From Raillietiella orientalis (taxonomy: Eukaryota): 64,000 nt of DNA. Positions 15,601 to 27,300 of the stretch are shown here, in pieces (within the stretch, counting starts at the first letter, position 1; each line of letters opens with the position of its first letter). The translations under genes were made by a program, and so were the position numbers. The stretch lies in contig JAYWIR010000007.1 in NCBI GenBank assembly GCA_036172245.1, forward strand, positions 1,364,001-1,428,000, read 5' to 3'. Below the pieces are notes generated by a model. It was not told where the DNA came from. It was given only the letters and a program-made list of their open reading frames with translations, and ran no database searches.

Positions 15601-18199
15601 GTACATCATTTGCTCGCATCGCATAGGAGCATATTGAACAACTTCATTTATTTATTGAGGACGGTTTTCGACGGAGTTTGATTTACTGTTACGGTTATTT
15701 CACAGATGGCATTCATTGAAGGACTTATCCGTGAGTTGCGCTTCCATCTTCGGCATCTCTCGGGGACAGCTTCGCATCCGTGATTGAAAAAGATAAGCCT
15801 GCACGAAGAAGGAAATTACGGCAGAAGACTTATTGGAAGAGGTTATTTTGCGCGTGGCGCGGAAAAGGCTCAACCATGAGCTGGCGATGCCGCCCATCGT
15901 CCGAAAGGGCGATTTCAGGACCGAATCACTGCCGACTTCCCATTTCCTAAGCTTTGCTTGGGAAGGTTAATTCGTTTCCAAGCACTACAGCTCTCACCCT
16001 GCCTCTGCAGCACACGTCCTGCACGGGCGATTTTTTCCTTCGCCCACATCCTTGGAGGTTCCTACTTTGCAACCATCATCATCGGAAACCAAAGCCGTTG
16101 CCTGGAATTGGATTCACTTTATCCGCTCGCGTTCTCTTCTCCTGCCTTTTTCCGTACTTCCATTCAGCCACTTGCCATTTGTTAATACTCAAGAATGTTT
16201 ATCACCAGATGCGGTTTTGACCGTTTGGGCCATGAGTTTTCCGGCGATAAATCTCAAGAGAGTTTATAGGCGCAGTAAAGTTCTGTCAGTTTATTGGTTT
16301 TTAGCGAAAAACTTCATCATGACTAATTTCATGGGGAGGGGGCCCCGATGGGCCAAAGCATGATGAACGTCTGTGAATTGTTCAGCTCACTTCAGGAACG
16401 CAAGATTGCCTCATGCAAATTAAAAAGAACATGGAGGGCAATGTACATATATTTGAAGGGGGGGGGGGGGATCATCAAACTAGAAAGAAGAGACGGATTT
16501 TCGCTCAGCAAGCAAACTCTTTGCAAAAACGAATGTCCTCGAGTTCCATCCGCGCGCGCTCTTCCTCTCCGTTAGTTCTTCTGCTTCCGGGAATTTTTCA
16601 ACAGCAGCGGCCGCATGACGTTGGCCGTGGACCTCGGATGCTCTGACTGCTGCAGGTTAGGCTGCCCGATCCTCCCCGAGAAGGCGGAAGGCTTTTCTCT
16701 AGCAAGTCGTGACGGAGAACGGTCGCTGAGAGCCTTTGGACCAAGCGCGCCGCCGCTGGTCCAGCAGGCGCCGCGTGAGTACGGCGCGCTGCAAGGAGGT
16801 TTCGTGGACTCGTCCACTGGGAGGGACCCGGCTGCTCATTCCCTCCCCCCCATCGCGCCCGTCGCGGTTTCTGGGTTTCTCGCTGCAGGAAGGCGGTCGT
16901 GGGAGACCATCTCCCGTTGCTATAGTGGGACTCGCTCTGGGCATTGAGAAGTGCATGGAGGTTTCTGCGACCCTAACTTCATTCCAAAAACACTGTCGTG
17001 ACACACACTTCTCAGCTCCCACATGCGATCGCTGAGCACGGATAACGTGGTAGATGGGAATACCCTCTTAGTTATTAGCGTGTGTGCGCGAATCCCACTT
17101 TGAAGGGGATTTAAAAGAGGAAATAAATGCTTTCGGCATTTCGAAAAGGAACGCTGCTGTCCAGCAATGCGCAGCAGCCCGCACATTTCAGTGCCCGTTT
17201 CATTTATGAACGCTCCCGAAGTGTGGTCACGTTGCCGACTTCGCTCGCCGACGTCATTCCGAGTGACCACGGATTCTTTCAGGTGGCGCCCCACGTCTTC
17301 CCTTTTGCAGCGGCTTCCCATGCGCAGTTCGGAAGGGGTGCGGCGCCACCGCAACGCTGCGTGCGAGTCCTTCCCAGTCCACGGCAGCGGGGAATCGCTG
17401 GTCCGGCAAACGGCAAGACGCTTCGGAGGTGCGCTCCAGCCACCCCGACGTCCCTTCGGACGAAGCGTCGGTGAGGCGTTTCGAGAGCCAAACGGCCCGG
17501 ATGGCGGCCACAGCAAGCCCGAGTTCGGTGCGCGTGCGTGCACCTCCACGCGCATGCGTTTTTTTTCTTTCCCACTATTCCCTCCCCCGCCACCCGGTGT
17601 CCCCGAGGACGAGGACCCGCTGCGCTCCGGAAAGTGGTCGCTGAGACCGCGGGAGGCTCTGAGCTCCCACGCCCATCCTTCGACCACAGACCAGGCTCGC
17701 TCGCGTCCTGCGAGGACGCGACCCAGTGTTTGGTCGCCAGGTCGGCCTCGGGGCGCCGCCCTCGGCTGGCTGGTTCGGCCCGCGGTGGTCCCTCGCCACT
17801 CTTTGGCGCGCGCGCCTGCTCACCGCATGCCGGGCGGAGGCGCAAAAGCATCGCAGAGGTCATCTGGAAGGAACGGGGTGGCCTGCGAACGTCTCGCGTC
17901 GTCGTTGCGTAGAAACATCTCTCAGCCGCATTCTCTGAACGCGAGGAGTGGGGTGGGCTGGAGTGGAGGGATGGATGGATGCTGGAAGATCCGATTCGTG
18001 CATTCCAAAGAGACCCCCTACCCCCCCCTACCCCCAAGAAAAAAACGGGAGGACTACTACTGCTTGCGATCCCGCAACGGAGCACACCTCGAAGGCGCGC
18101 GTGCGGTTCTCCCGGGAAAGCTCAGCTCGTCGCTGGAACGGAAAACGAGGGAAGAGGAAAACAAATGCGCCTGTCGGGAGCGACGGAAACGAAGGGTTC

Positions 18200-20310
18200 C
18201 GGGCGCCATCTTCACGTCGCGAGGCCCTTTATCTGATGCCTGCCGCCGCCTGCACTCTGGAGGCGAATCTCCCGCATCATGTACGCGCGTGCGAGCCTGG
18301 CTGGACCAGGCGGCGTGCTTGGGCGGGCCACTGGAAGGGAGCAACCGGCGGCTTCCAACCACAGCGGGTGCTGGCAGTCTGCCTCGCGCGCTCTCCTCCC
18401 ATGCCGCCGGCTGTCCTTTCCGACAGGACCATGTAGGATCCCATAGGCTGTGCTGAAGGTCAGCTGATCCAGGGAAGAAGGTGCGCGTTCGCTCTGGGCG
18501 GTGCGATCCCACTGCTTCCTGGAGGGCTGAGGGGAAAGTGGGCGAAAATAGGGAGGGTGCGGACTTCCAAGCCTGCTCCGTGCGCAACGGCTACAGAAAG
18601 GTGCAGGTCGGGGAAGGGGGAGGGAACGTTGGAGGAGGGGGGGGGCACTTCGGTGAATCGCCCCACTTCCGGGTGTCACCTCTTCGCCAGGAAAATCTGA
18701 GTCCGCGCGCGCTATCGTGCGAGTGTTTCTCGAGTGACGCTGTTTCAGCCGCCGCCCGCCTCAGCTTCGGAGCGCTGCCGGCGTTGGAGGGAGGGGGTGG
18801 GTAGGGTACAAGTAAGCCGACAGGTGCAAAATGAGCGCGGCTCCCAGTCTGTGGCAGAGCTCTGGAGGTTGCCGAAGAGCGCCGCCATCCGCCGTCTTCC
18901 GGTCCTTCCGGTCGGGCGATCACCTGCTTTCCCTTCTTGCTTCCTCCGCGAGCGGCGGCTGGGGCCGCTCTGCTGCACCCTCCTGTGGATGCCTTTCTTC
19001 CTCCTCGAGTCCGAAGGCGTTGAGCATGCGCTCGTTCCCATGCACCTTCTGCCGTCCAGAGCTCGGCCTCGGATCGCTTCCACGTCGGCACGAGGGCGGC
19101 TTTGACTCTGCATGCCCTAAGAGCCCCCGAAGAGCCAATCAGGCTCGCAAGAGAGCTCCCGCCTCTTGCGAACAGTGCTTCTTTGATTACCGCCCCCTCG
19201 CTGGAGCGCCCACGAGGAAGAACCCGCCTCTTCTTTCTCTTCCCCCCCTCTTCATCGCCATCCTGGAGGGAAGCTTTCGGGAGAAGGCAGCGGGTCTTGG
19301 CAACGAAAACGAAAGTTCCAGGTTCGCGGATGGAGGAGCAGATGAACCTCCCACTAAGAGGAGAAGGAGTCGCCGTGGAGACCACCTTGATGGTCTCCAC
19401 TGACTGCACACCGCGGGACCTACGGGAAGGGCCTGTTCCGAGACACCGCGAGTCGCACCCGCGCCACCTCTTTCCACCCCTTGGCCCGACCAGCTTCTGC
19501 GTACGAGAAAGGAACTCGTCCTTCCCCCCTTTCCTCGGACCCTTGATCTCAAGCAATCAGACCTTGACCTGGGCCCCTCTACAGGCGGCTTCACAATGAC
19601 AGGACTTCGTGGTGTTTGACAACATGGCGGGAGCCTTCGTGGGACCCACGGCGAGCGCTGCTCGGAATTTCCTCGCTTCCACCGCGGGTCTTCCGCGTGA
19701 CCTCCGGAGTGAGGAGCCGCTCCCGCGAGTTTTCCTCCCGATAAACGCGATCTGCGCTTCCGCATCGCATTGCCACGGCGACGGGCGCTGCTCCTGTGGG
19801 GCACCGAAGGGCGAGCGCGCGGCAGCATCCAGGCGGGCCGGGGACACGATGCACACGATGCTCGCCAGCTCCCTTTGCACACGATGTCCTGCGAAGGTAG
19901 TGACCCTCCCGCTGCCCCTAACTCCAGAAGCACCAGGGAGGAGGAAGGACGCAGAGACCGGGGGGTTCCTGGCGTTGCTATCGCCGGCGGCAAGGAAGCA
20001 CTCTGGTCCGCGGAGGACGGTAGAGCATCCAAGCGAGGCCAAAGGTCATCGGCATTTCTGTTGATCGGGTGGCAGGATATGCGCTCATTACTCTGGCAGG
20101 GACGTGATTGTGTGGAGCACGTGACCTTGAACTCGACTGAGCCGCCCCAGTCTGCCGTCGCCCTTTTTGCACCCGTCATGGGAAACTCGCGTTTGAGGGA
20201 GACACCGGCGAAGATCCCGCAGTCTTTCCATGAGGGCCAGCCGCCACAAAGATGCCCCCACCCGGAGTCCCATCCGCGGCGGGAAACTAGTCCAGACGGG
20301 CGCTCCGGCG
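18200..20310 (-). mobile_element. Heavily decayed LINE ORF2 (APE endonuclease to RT), abutting the 3' end of copy A
   Basis: Degenerate motifs in the expected order: CLPQT (LQET), AAGDSNA (GDFN, about 19985-19971), TF...ARLD (SRLD, about 19838-19827), SCEPDWL (SPGPDGL), GWRRSS (NWRPIS), RRGDTRKWGDSP (RGVRQGDP). Many frameshifts. Boundaries approximate. Confidence 0.55.
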
Positions 20311-23007
20311 TTGCCACCCGGATACACCGGGACGTTTATTAAAATTCTGTACAAAACATGGACTAGGTCCCACTACGCCGGACCTACCGGGTCCCCGGTG
20401 CACGCAGACCGGCGTGACTCTCCTCGGCAGTGGATGGGGCTGGGGAAGAAACAAAAAGAAAAATAAAACACAAACAAAAAAAAGACTTTGGAGGGTCGGG
20501 AAGGGATAACTGACCACTGGGAGGAGGGTCCATCCTTTGCAGGATGCTCTCGAGGCCCTTCTTTAATCCACCCAGCTGGGGCCATCCGATAGCTCTCTGC
20601 AGGAAGCTAACAGCATAGGGGATGACGTCCCTCTCGTTGGAATCTTCATCTTCGGCTTCACTCCAAGCCGCCACAACTCCACGGATGCAGCAAAGTGCTA
20701 CCAGAGCTGCGGCTGGCTGCAGAGCGTCCCGCACGAAGAGAAGCTGCAAAACGTCTCTGGGGTTGCTGCCAACCGTGATCCGCAGGGAAGTTCCAAGACG
20801 TTCCCACAGGGACCGGAGGGCAGGATAGTCAACTATCAGGTGAGGGAGGGATTTCCGTTCCTCACACCTGGCACACTCAGGACTTACTCTCCCCTGCGTC
20901 CAGTGGAAGCGGCGTGCGCTGCAGGGAAGACTCCAATGCAACAGCAGAAGCGCCGACTCTTGCCACTTCAGGGGGAGAGTTCTGGATCCATTCAACACCG
21001 GGGGCCACTTCAGGTCATCCGTCGGGATGCCGAACAGCTCGCCCCATCGTAAAAGTCCACGCGGAAGGATGCTCGGGGTCGTGGCGTCTGCCAGCTCTCC
21101 CATGGTCCAACCGCTTAATTTCTTCTCCCTGCTTGCGATCCGGCAGGAGACTTGCCACTTCGGCGTTCGGCCGCTGACGAGGGTCCTTCGTAGGAAGGGC
21201 AGCGCCGTAGCTAAAGGGGTCGTCTCTGCCCACGTGCTCCTGGCGGGACACTCCAGAATGTCCACAGCGAGCAAGGGACGTTCTTGGAAAACCGCAAGCA
21301 GTTCCAGTTGTTACTACTCGGATGATTTATCTTCGCCCACGTGCCAACAGATTCCTCCAGCCAGACGCGGAGTTGGTGGGGTTACATTCCATCCAGCCAT
21401 TTTCCTTTGCCAGGGTGGCCATGCGACCCAGGAGCAGGCCGCATCTTCGTATATTCCGGCCGGAGCACAGAAGATAAAACGCGGGTCTTTGCGTCCTGGA
21501 GACACAGCTGGCAAGAAGGAGGGCGGGAACGCACCAAGGGGTGCTCCACAACTTCTCTGCGATGGCCATGGTACGCCATCGCATTTGGATTTCCAAGCGC
21601 TCCAGCGTCAGGAGACCAAGGCCACCGTCCCGACGCAGAGCGCATAAGTCCATCAGAGGCACTCGGGGCCTCCCTTTGCCCCAAAGGGCGATGCGTCGGA
21701 GGTCCTTCGTCCTCTTTTTCAAGAGGAGGGGGACGAGGCAAACAAAAAGCAGGGGACGGAAGATGGGAGCCGCAAACGCGTTCCATACCGCGGCCCCTTC
21801 CGGCGAGAGGACCTTGCCTTCCAGGAACGGGCCGATCGCCAGCTCTACTTTCTGGAGACGAACTGACCAGACTTCTGACGGGCAGAAGTCCCCCAACGGA
21901 ACTCCAAGGTACTTCAGGTACCTGACCGTGGGGATCCCCAAGCGGATCCAGTCAAGCCGTCCAACCCATGTCGCACCAACCGCCACCACCGACGACTTTG
22001 CCTTGTTCACCCGCAGTCCCGTCCCGCGGCTTAGCAGATCGAAGAAATCCTCGACTGCTGCTGCCAGAGCGAACATGGGCAACAAGAGCAGATCATCGGC
22101 ATACGCCGACATGGCCGGCGTACTGGGGAACGAGCTCGGCAAGATAGCCAAAGTCTCCCTGTACGCTCTCGGCACCAGTTCAAAATAGGTGCTAAAGAGC
22201 AGGGAACTCAGGCTTTCGCCCTGCAGTATGCCACGCCGCACCAGTACGCCGTACACTTTTTGGCTGCTGAAATAGACATTGATCAGCGCACTGCGCCAGC
22301 AAGAGCGCAGGTAGGTCAATAGAAAGAATGGGAAGTCCATGCGATCCAGGAGCTCCAACAGGAGCTCCTGGTCCACATAGTCGAACGCCTTGAGATCGAC
22401 TGTGATCGCTAGGGTTCCCTTCCCTGCCCGGCTGATGCTCCCAAAGCAAGGTTGCCTACTGATCGCCCTTTCATTGTATCACACCTCTGCATATGAAACC
22501 ATGTGCTCGCGAGGAACAGGTTGGCCGCATACTTCGCCCGGGAACAGCATAAGTCTGCTCCAAGCTAATTATGGAGTTGCCATCTGCCGCGCAGCCCACA
22601 GTCCGGCGAGCAACTTGGCGTCCGTGTTCACAATCGTGATCCGACTCCAGTTGTTTAATTTCCTAAGGTCTCCTCCCTGAGGAAGGAGCCTCACCATGGC
22701 TGAAAGAAACGAGGCGGGAACATCGCCTTCGTCTCGGATCAGCCTCGTCAATTCGAGCACCAGGGGGGTCAGCTAAGTCGCGATGCATTCGAAGAACTTC
22801 GCGGGCAGGCCGTCCTTCCCTGGCGTCTTCCTCCTCTTGAGCTTCCCGATTGCGGTCGTGACAGACTCATCGAGGCGTGCTCTCCTCCTTTCCGATCGCT
22901 GTGGTGCCTTCCTGAAGCAAGAACCGAGAGATACCCCTCTCTGGAAGTGTCCTAGAGTACAGGAAGGAATAATAACTGCGCACTATGCGCTTTACCGCCG
23001 CAGGTTT
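20311..23007 (-). mobile_element. Non-LTR retrotransposon (L1/Tx1-like) copy A, 3' segment: RT domain, C-terminal zinc knuckle and 3'UTR; disrupted
   Basis: Motifs in order: RIVRSYYSFLYS, KTPGKDGLPAKFF, NWSRITIVNTDAKLLA, VDLKAFDYVD, RRGILQGESLSSLLF, YADD (22092-22103), GLRVNKAKS, KYLGVP, LWGKGRPRV...DGGLGL, CARC-x-H knuckle. A T-rich 3'UTR and AATAAA (20335-20340) follow. Stops and frameshifts break ORF2. Confidence 0.93.
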
Positions 23008-24677
23008 GCGTGGGCAGGACGGCCAGACTAGATTCGCTTGGGGATCCCCACGGACGGGTATCTCACGTACCTTGGCGTTCCGTTGGGGGACTTCTGCGTT
23101 GCAGCAGCATGGTCCGGCCGTCTCCAGAAAGTGGAGATGGCGCTCGACTCGCTCCCGAACGGCAAGTTTTACTTTCAGGAGAGGGCCGCAGTGTGGAACG
23201 CGTTCGCGACTCCCCTCTCCCGCCCTTTGCTTTTTGTTTGTCCCACCCCTTCTCACATGAATCAATGGACCGAGGACCTCCTCATGAGATCCCTGTGGGG
23301 AACAGGGAGGTCCCGCGTCCTCTTGAAAGACTTGTGCGCTCCACGCAAGGACGGTGGACTGGACCTCTTTACGTTGGAGCGCTTGGAGCTGAAGCTCCAG
23401 ATCAGAACAGTCCCTCTGATGGCAAAACTGTGGGATACACCTTGGTGCACTCCAGCAGGCCTCCTGGCCAACGGGTTGAGAAGGACTCTTTTAATTCTAG
23501 TGGCCCACGACGGCTGCCTGAGGTATTGTGACCTTCAACTGCGCCGGATGGTTGCTGTGGTTTAGGAGAACGCCTGGTTCTCCTGCCTCCCCTCCAACTG
23601 CACTGCCTTGCATCAGGAGTTAGTTTCCGCAGGAAGTAAAATCTACGGCCTGAGCGAGGTGGACTACACCTGCCTTCGGAGAAGGAGGCACACTCTGCTG
23701 ACCCTGCAGGAGATCATGCTGAACCCACAGAAGCTGTTGTGGACCTCGTTTACCCCCCCTTGCCCCATTGCTGCCCTTCCTCGAGATCTCCAGGGACAGC
23801 AACGAACCGGCAACGTGGGAAGTGTTGTCCTGCGTCATTGGAGGCAGGAAAAAACTTTTCAAAGCGTGGGCAACTCGGGAGCCAGCGGACGCTGCGACCC
23901 TAAATGTCTCGCCCAAAGGACTTTTACGCTGGGGCGAGCTGCTCGTGATACCTCCAAGGGAGGTGAAGCGGCCCTCAGAGTGTTGAAACAGTGGCATCCT
24001 CCCATGATGTGGCAGGAGGTGACGTTGCCAGTGTTGCATTGGGGAACCCCATGCCAAGCACGCCTCTCTCACTGGAGACGAGGGAGTGTGAAAGCCCGCT
24101 GAGAAAGGTGCAGCGTCAAAGAGACTCTGCCGCACCTTCTGATGGACTGTATCACCCTTCGATCCCTCTGAAAGCGTCTGTCGACGATCCTAGACATCCC
24201 GAAGGCGGCCCCAGGGACATTTTTAAGCCGCTCTTCATGGTGCCTAGCCTTGGCTGTTCTCTGATGCATCCGCGGAATCGTGGTGGCCTGGAAAGCATAG
24301 GGAAGAGGCCAGAATGGCAGGAATGCCATCTATTGGACACGCCTTTTTTTGAAGACCGCATCCCGATGATCCCATCTGGGCAGTGTACGGATGCAGTTTG
24401 CAGGCATCCTGAACAAGATATGGAGAATGTCTCCCAACGAGTAGTGATCCTTTCCCTGCCCTCTCTTCCCCCAGAACATCTACCCCACCCTTGTTGCACT
24501 TTTTCTTTCTTTTTGTTTGTGTTTTTCCCGTCCCACTCGCTGTGGGAACGGACCTTGCCGGTGTCCCAACCGGTGACTGACAAGTTGCCATGACGTGGTG
24601 AACCAAACGGTTCGCCAAAGGAACATTTACTTGTACTTTTATTTTCAAATAAATGCCCCGACAAATCTGGGTGACAA
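23008..24677 (+). mobile_element. 5'-truncated copy B of the same LINE family, inserted antisense inside copy A
   Basis: YLTYLGVPLGDFC...AAVWNAFA...LWGTGRSRV...KDGGLDL is clearly homologous to copy A. It has a 3'UTR with AATAAA at 24648-24653 and is flanked by a 14-bp TSD (22994-23007 and 24678-24691). Confidence 0.9.
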
Positions 24678-25143
24678 ACCGTCACAGGTTTCGAGTGCTC
24701 CTGACCTTCGTCGTCTAACAGGCTGGCCGAACCGAATTGCCAGGCTTGCTGCACTGCCGAAGCATTGTACTCTACTATTCTGCGGGTGTCCAGTGTTCGA
24801 GTGTAGCGATGATCCTGCAAGTACGCTCTTCCGTTCCGAACACCCTCCCCGAATCCTCTTGGGAGACGGTCCAGATGGAAACGCTCTCTGAACTCTCGGA
24901 CCGAGGTCTTCAAATCGTCCCAGTCGTCGAGCGCCTGCACGCTTCAACCTTACAGGAACGCGCGGTGTTCCACTGCACCTGGCATCTTGAACTCGTCCCT
25001 CAGAAGTCGCCATCCCTGCGAGGGAGAGGGAAGGGGGGTCCCCTGTTGCACGGAAGAATTTCAAGTTCCACCCGGGAGCGGTTGAGAGCGTGGACGGCAC
25101 CTTTCCTCGCTTCCCCATGCGGGAGCGCATGTGCTCATCGAGG
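24678..25143 (-). mobile_element. Copy A, 5' segment: end of the APE endonuclease and the EN-RT linker
   Basis: QGWRLLRDEF and DDWDDLKTSVREF are linker motifs. SLLDDEGQEHSKP joins in frame to AAVKRIVRSYYSFLYS at about 23000 once copy B is removed. Confidence 0.8.
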
Positions 25144-25179
25144 TTTTAACCCGGTCACGCCGGGACGTTTATTAAAACC

Positions 25180-27300
25180 ACAGGTTTGAAGGGATATGCA
25201 TCCCTCCAAGTAACAAGAAACGCCAATACGTGCTGGGTATCTCGCAATCCTCGCAGACGGCTGTCAATGTCCTCGCTTCACAGGGCGCAGTCGATAAGCC
25301 TTTGACACACCATTTCAGTCTGAGTTCTTCAGTGGCTGCCTATCGCTTGTTATTCCTCTCCGCACGTTGCTCTCAATATTCAGATCATCCGCCATGATGA
25401 CGTCCTTAGGGGCAACCATGCTCTGGAGAAGTTTGCCCGGAAAGTCGGCGAATCGCCCTTGATTCTCGCGCTATTTATCAGGAAGGGATGAAGGCTTCCG
25501 TACCAGGACATCCTGACCTGACTTTTGTATCATCGAGAACAACTTTTGTGACAGTTTAGGAAGATGCCTCTTCCAAAAAGGACATTTGCCAGGTCACCGT
25601 AATCTGTGTAGGGAATGCAATTGCGAAAGGAATTATAGCTTGGATTCTCCGAAAGATTGTCCCCACAATTCCGACAAGTGGCGAGGTGAATTTATTAAGC
25701 AGCTCTCTTACAATTACACATTGTAACACACACTCTGTTGAGTGTTTCTGCACAGAAAGTTTACGGTGCTGTGTCACGTTCGTGAATCACGTTCGGATTT
25801 ATTTCCTCTGGAATGGGATAACTAGGGATTGGTGGGCATTGCGCACTCATTTGAGCAACATCCGTCATTCTTCTTCAAGATGTAGCGGTATTTCTAGGCG
25901 AGCATTCTGCCACAGTTCCTGCTGCCTGTTTCCTTCTGTGTGACGCCTCTTCGAATGGTGGCAGCAGGCACTGTTGCTCTTGGTGTTTCTCATTTTTACC
26001 CTTCCCATCATGATGCTTGTGGTGAAGAGGGCGATGGTAGTGCGGACCATGGGAATGTATCTTGGAACGTTTCCGTCCCCTTTGAACATTCCGCCAGGAT
26101 CATCATCTTTGGTATCGCCTGCACGTCTGTCACTTTCATCGCTGCCCAGTCCCTGGTGTAGCATAGGGCAGGTGAGAATAGAGAGCTTTGGATTCTTCCG
26201 TAGTCTGCGTGTTGCTTGCAAAGCGAGAGATGTGCATCTCACAGCGCCCTGTTTCTCATAGCCCTGAAGGTAACCGGCTTTGTTGTGGGGCTCATTTCAG
26301 GATAGCTTCCTGAGTTCCTAATTTCCAACATGGCGTCATTCTGCCCGATTAACAGCGTGGTTTGCTAGGCATCACGGTACGCATCCTCCGCTCCCGCCGT
26401 CGCCAACGGGCGCGTGGGCGATTAGCTAGGTAACCGGCCGGGGCTCGACTGCGGCTGGCAAACCTCGGTCGCGGCACCGGACCGCCCCCAGCCGCACTGC
26501 TACCTTGTCCGAATCGGTCCGAGTTTCGCACACTTGGCGGAAGCTGTCGATCGGGGTGCACTACGAAGGTGAAGGAGCAAATTTTTCCACGCTTCCAGGG
26601 AACATGCACCGCAGGAGTGGCGCGCGAACGCAACCACCCAGCCTTGCTTGTCACTTAACCCACACTTGGAGGTGATGCCGGCTCAGTCTTCTTGCAGAGG
26701 TCGAGCCTCGCTCTGGAAAGGCTACTCGCTTGACCGCAACTCACCTCGAAGCTAGGCGAGCGACTCTCTGCTTTACACAAGTCGCTACGCCTGTGGTCTC
26801 CGAGCCCACCCGTGAAAACACAGCTTTTCACGGACTGGAACTTGTGTCAAACGATCCCTATCCCTCCTGCTGCACCTCTCTTGTATCCTGAAACCATCGC
26901 CTCTTTTGGTAATTTACGCGATGCCTTCAAAACCGTACGGTCATTTACGGAGTTTTGCTTCCTTCTGGAGTCTCTTCCTCCGAAGATCCTTCGCCCGCCC
27001 TTCACTGCATTTCCTTCTCGGGTCCAATTAAAATTTTCCTCTCCTGGGACGCTTTCATATGAACAAGCGAAATCAGGAGTGCTGTCTCCTGAATCTGAGA
27101 TTCAACTGCTTCTTTCTCTCCATGTCAACGACGCCGAGAGCGCTTGGAGATTCTCAAAGCCGGCAGACCAAAGCAAATCATCACGGGGTGTGGGCTCGGT
27201 CTTCCAGGCAGGACTCATCGCAGTACGTTTCGCCTCTTGCTCAAGCTCTTCCTGAATTTTCAGAGGGTTTCGGGACTGTCCCTTTCTGCCTCCAAATTCC
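25180..27300 (-). mobile_element. Candidate decayed LINE 5' part (ORF1 with a degenerate CCHC knuckle, then APE-like motifs)
   Basis: KSCVFTGGLGDHRRSDLC at about 26820-26775 resembles CX2CX4HX4C. LATCRNCG, NVLF/LEEA and DVIMADDLNI resemble the ATWN, FLQET and GDFN motifs. All matches are imperfect and need frameshifts. Confidence 0.35.

Noticed and set aside
15795..15966. Helical-looking peptide KKEITAEDLLEEVILRVARKRL
   Set aside because: Short, preceded by an in-frame stop, with no good acceptor and no recognised family.
17167..18456. Longest ORF in the track (429 aa) and other long Arg/Pro/Gly-rich ORFs (2922..3758, 12184..13128, 19187..20317)
   Set aside because: No domain motifs, and composition typical of stop-poor GC-rich DNA. 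Several overlap decayed LINE sequence in other frames or strands.
22994..23040. Twin-priming 5' inversion as an explanation for the A/B junction
   Set aside because: Both arms contain the same 3' region, they are diverged from each other, and copy B has its own TSD.
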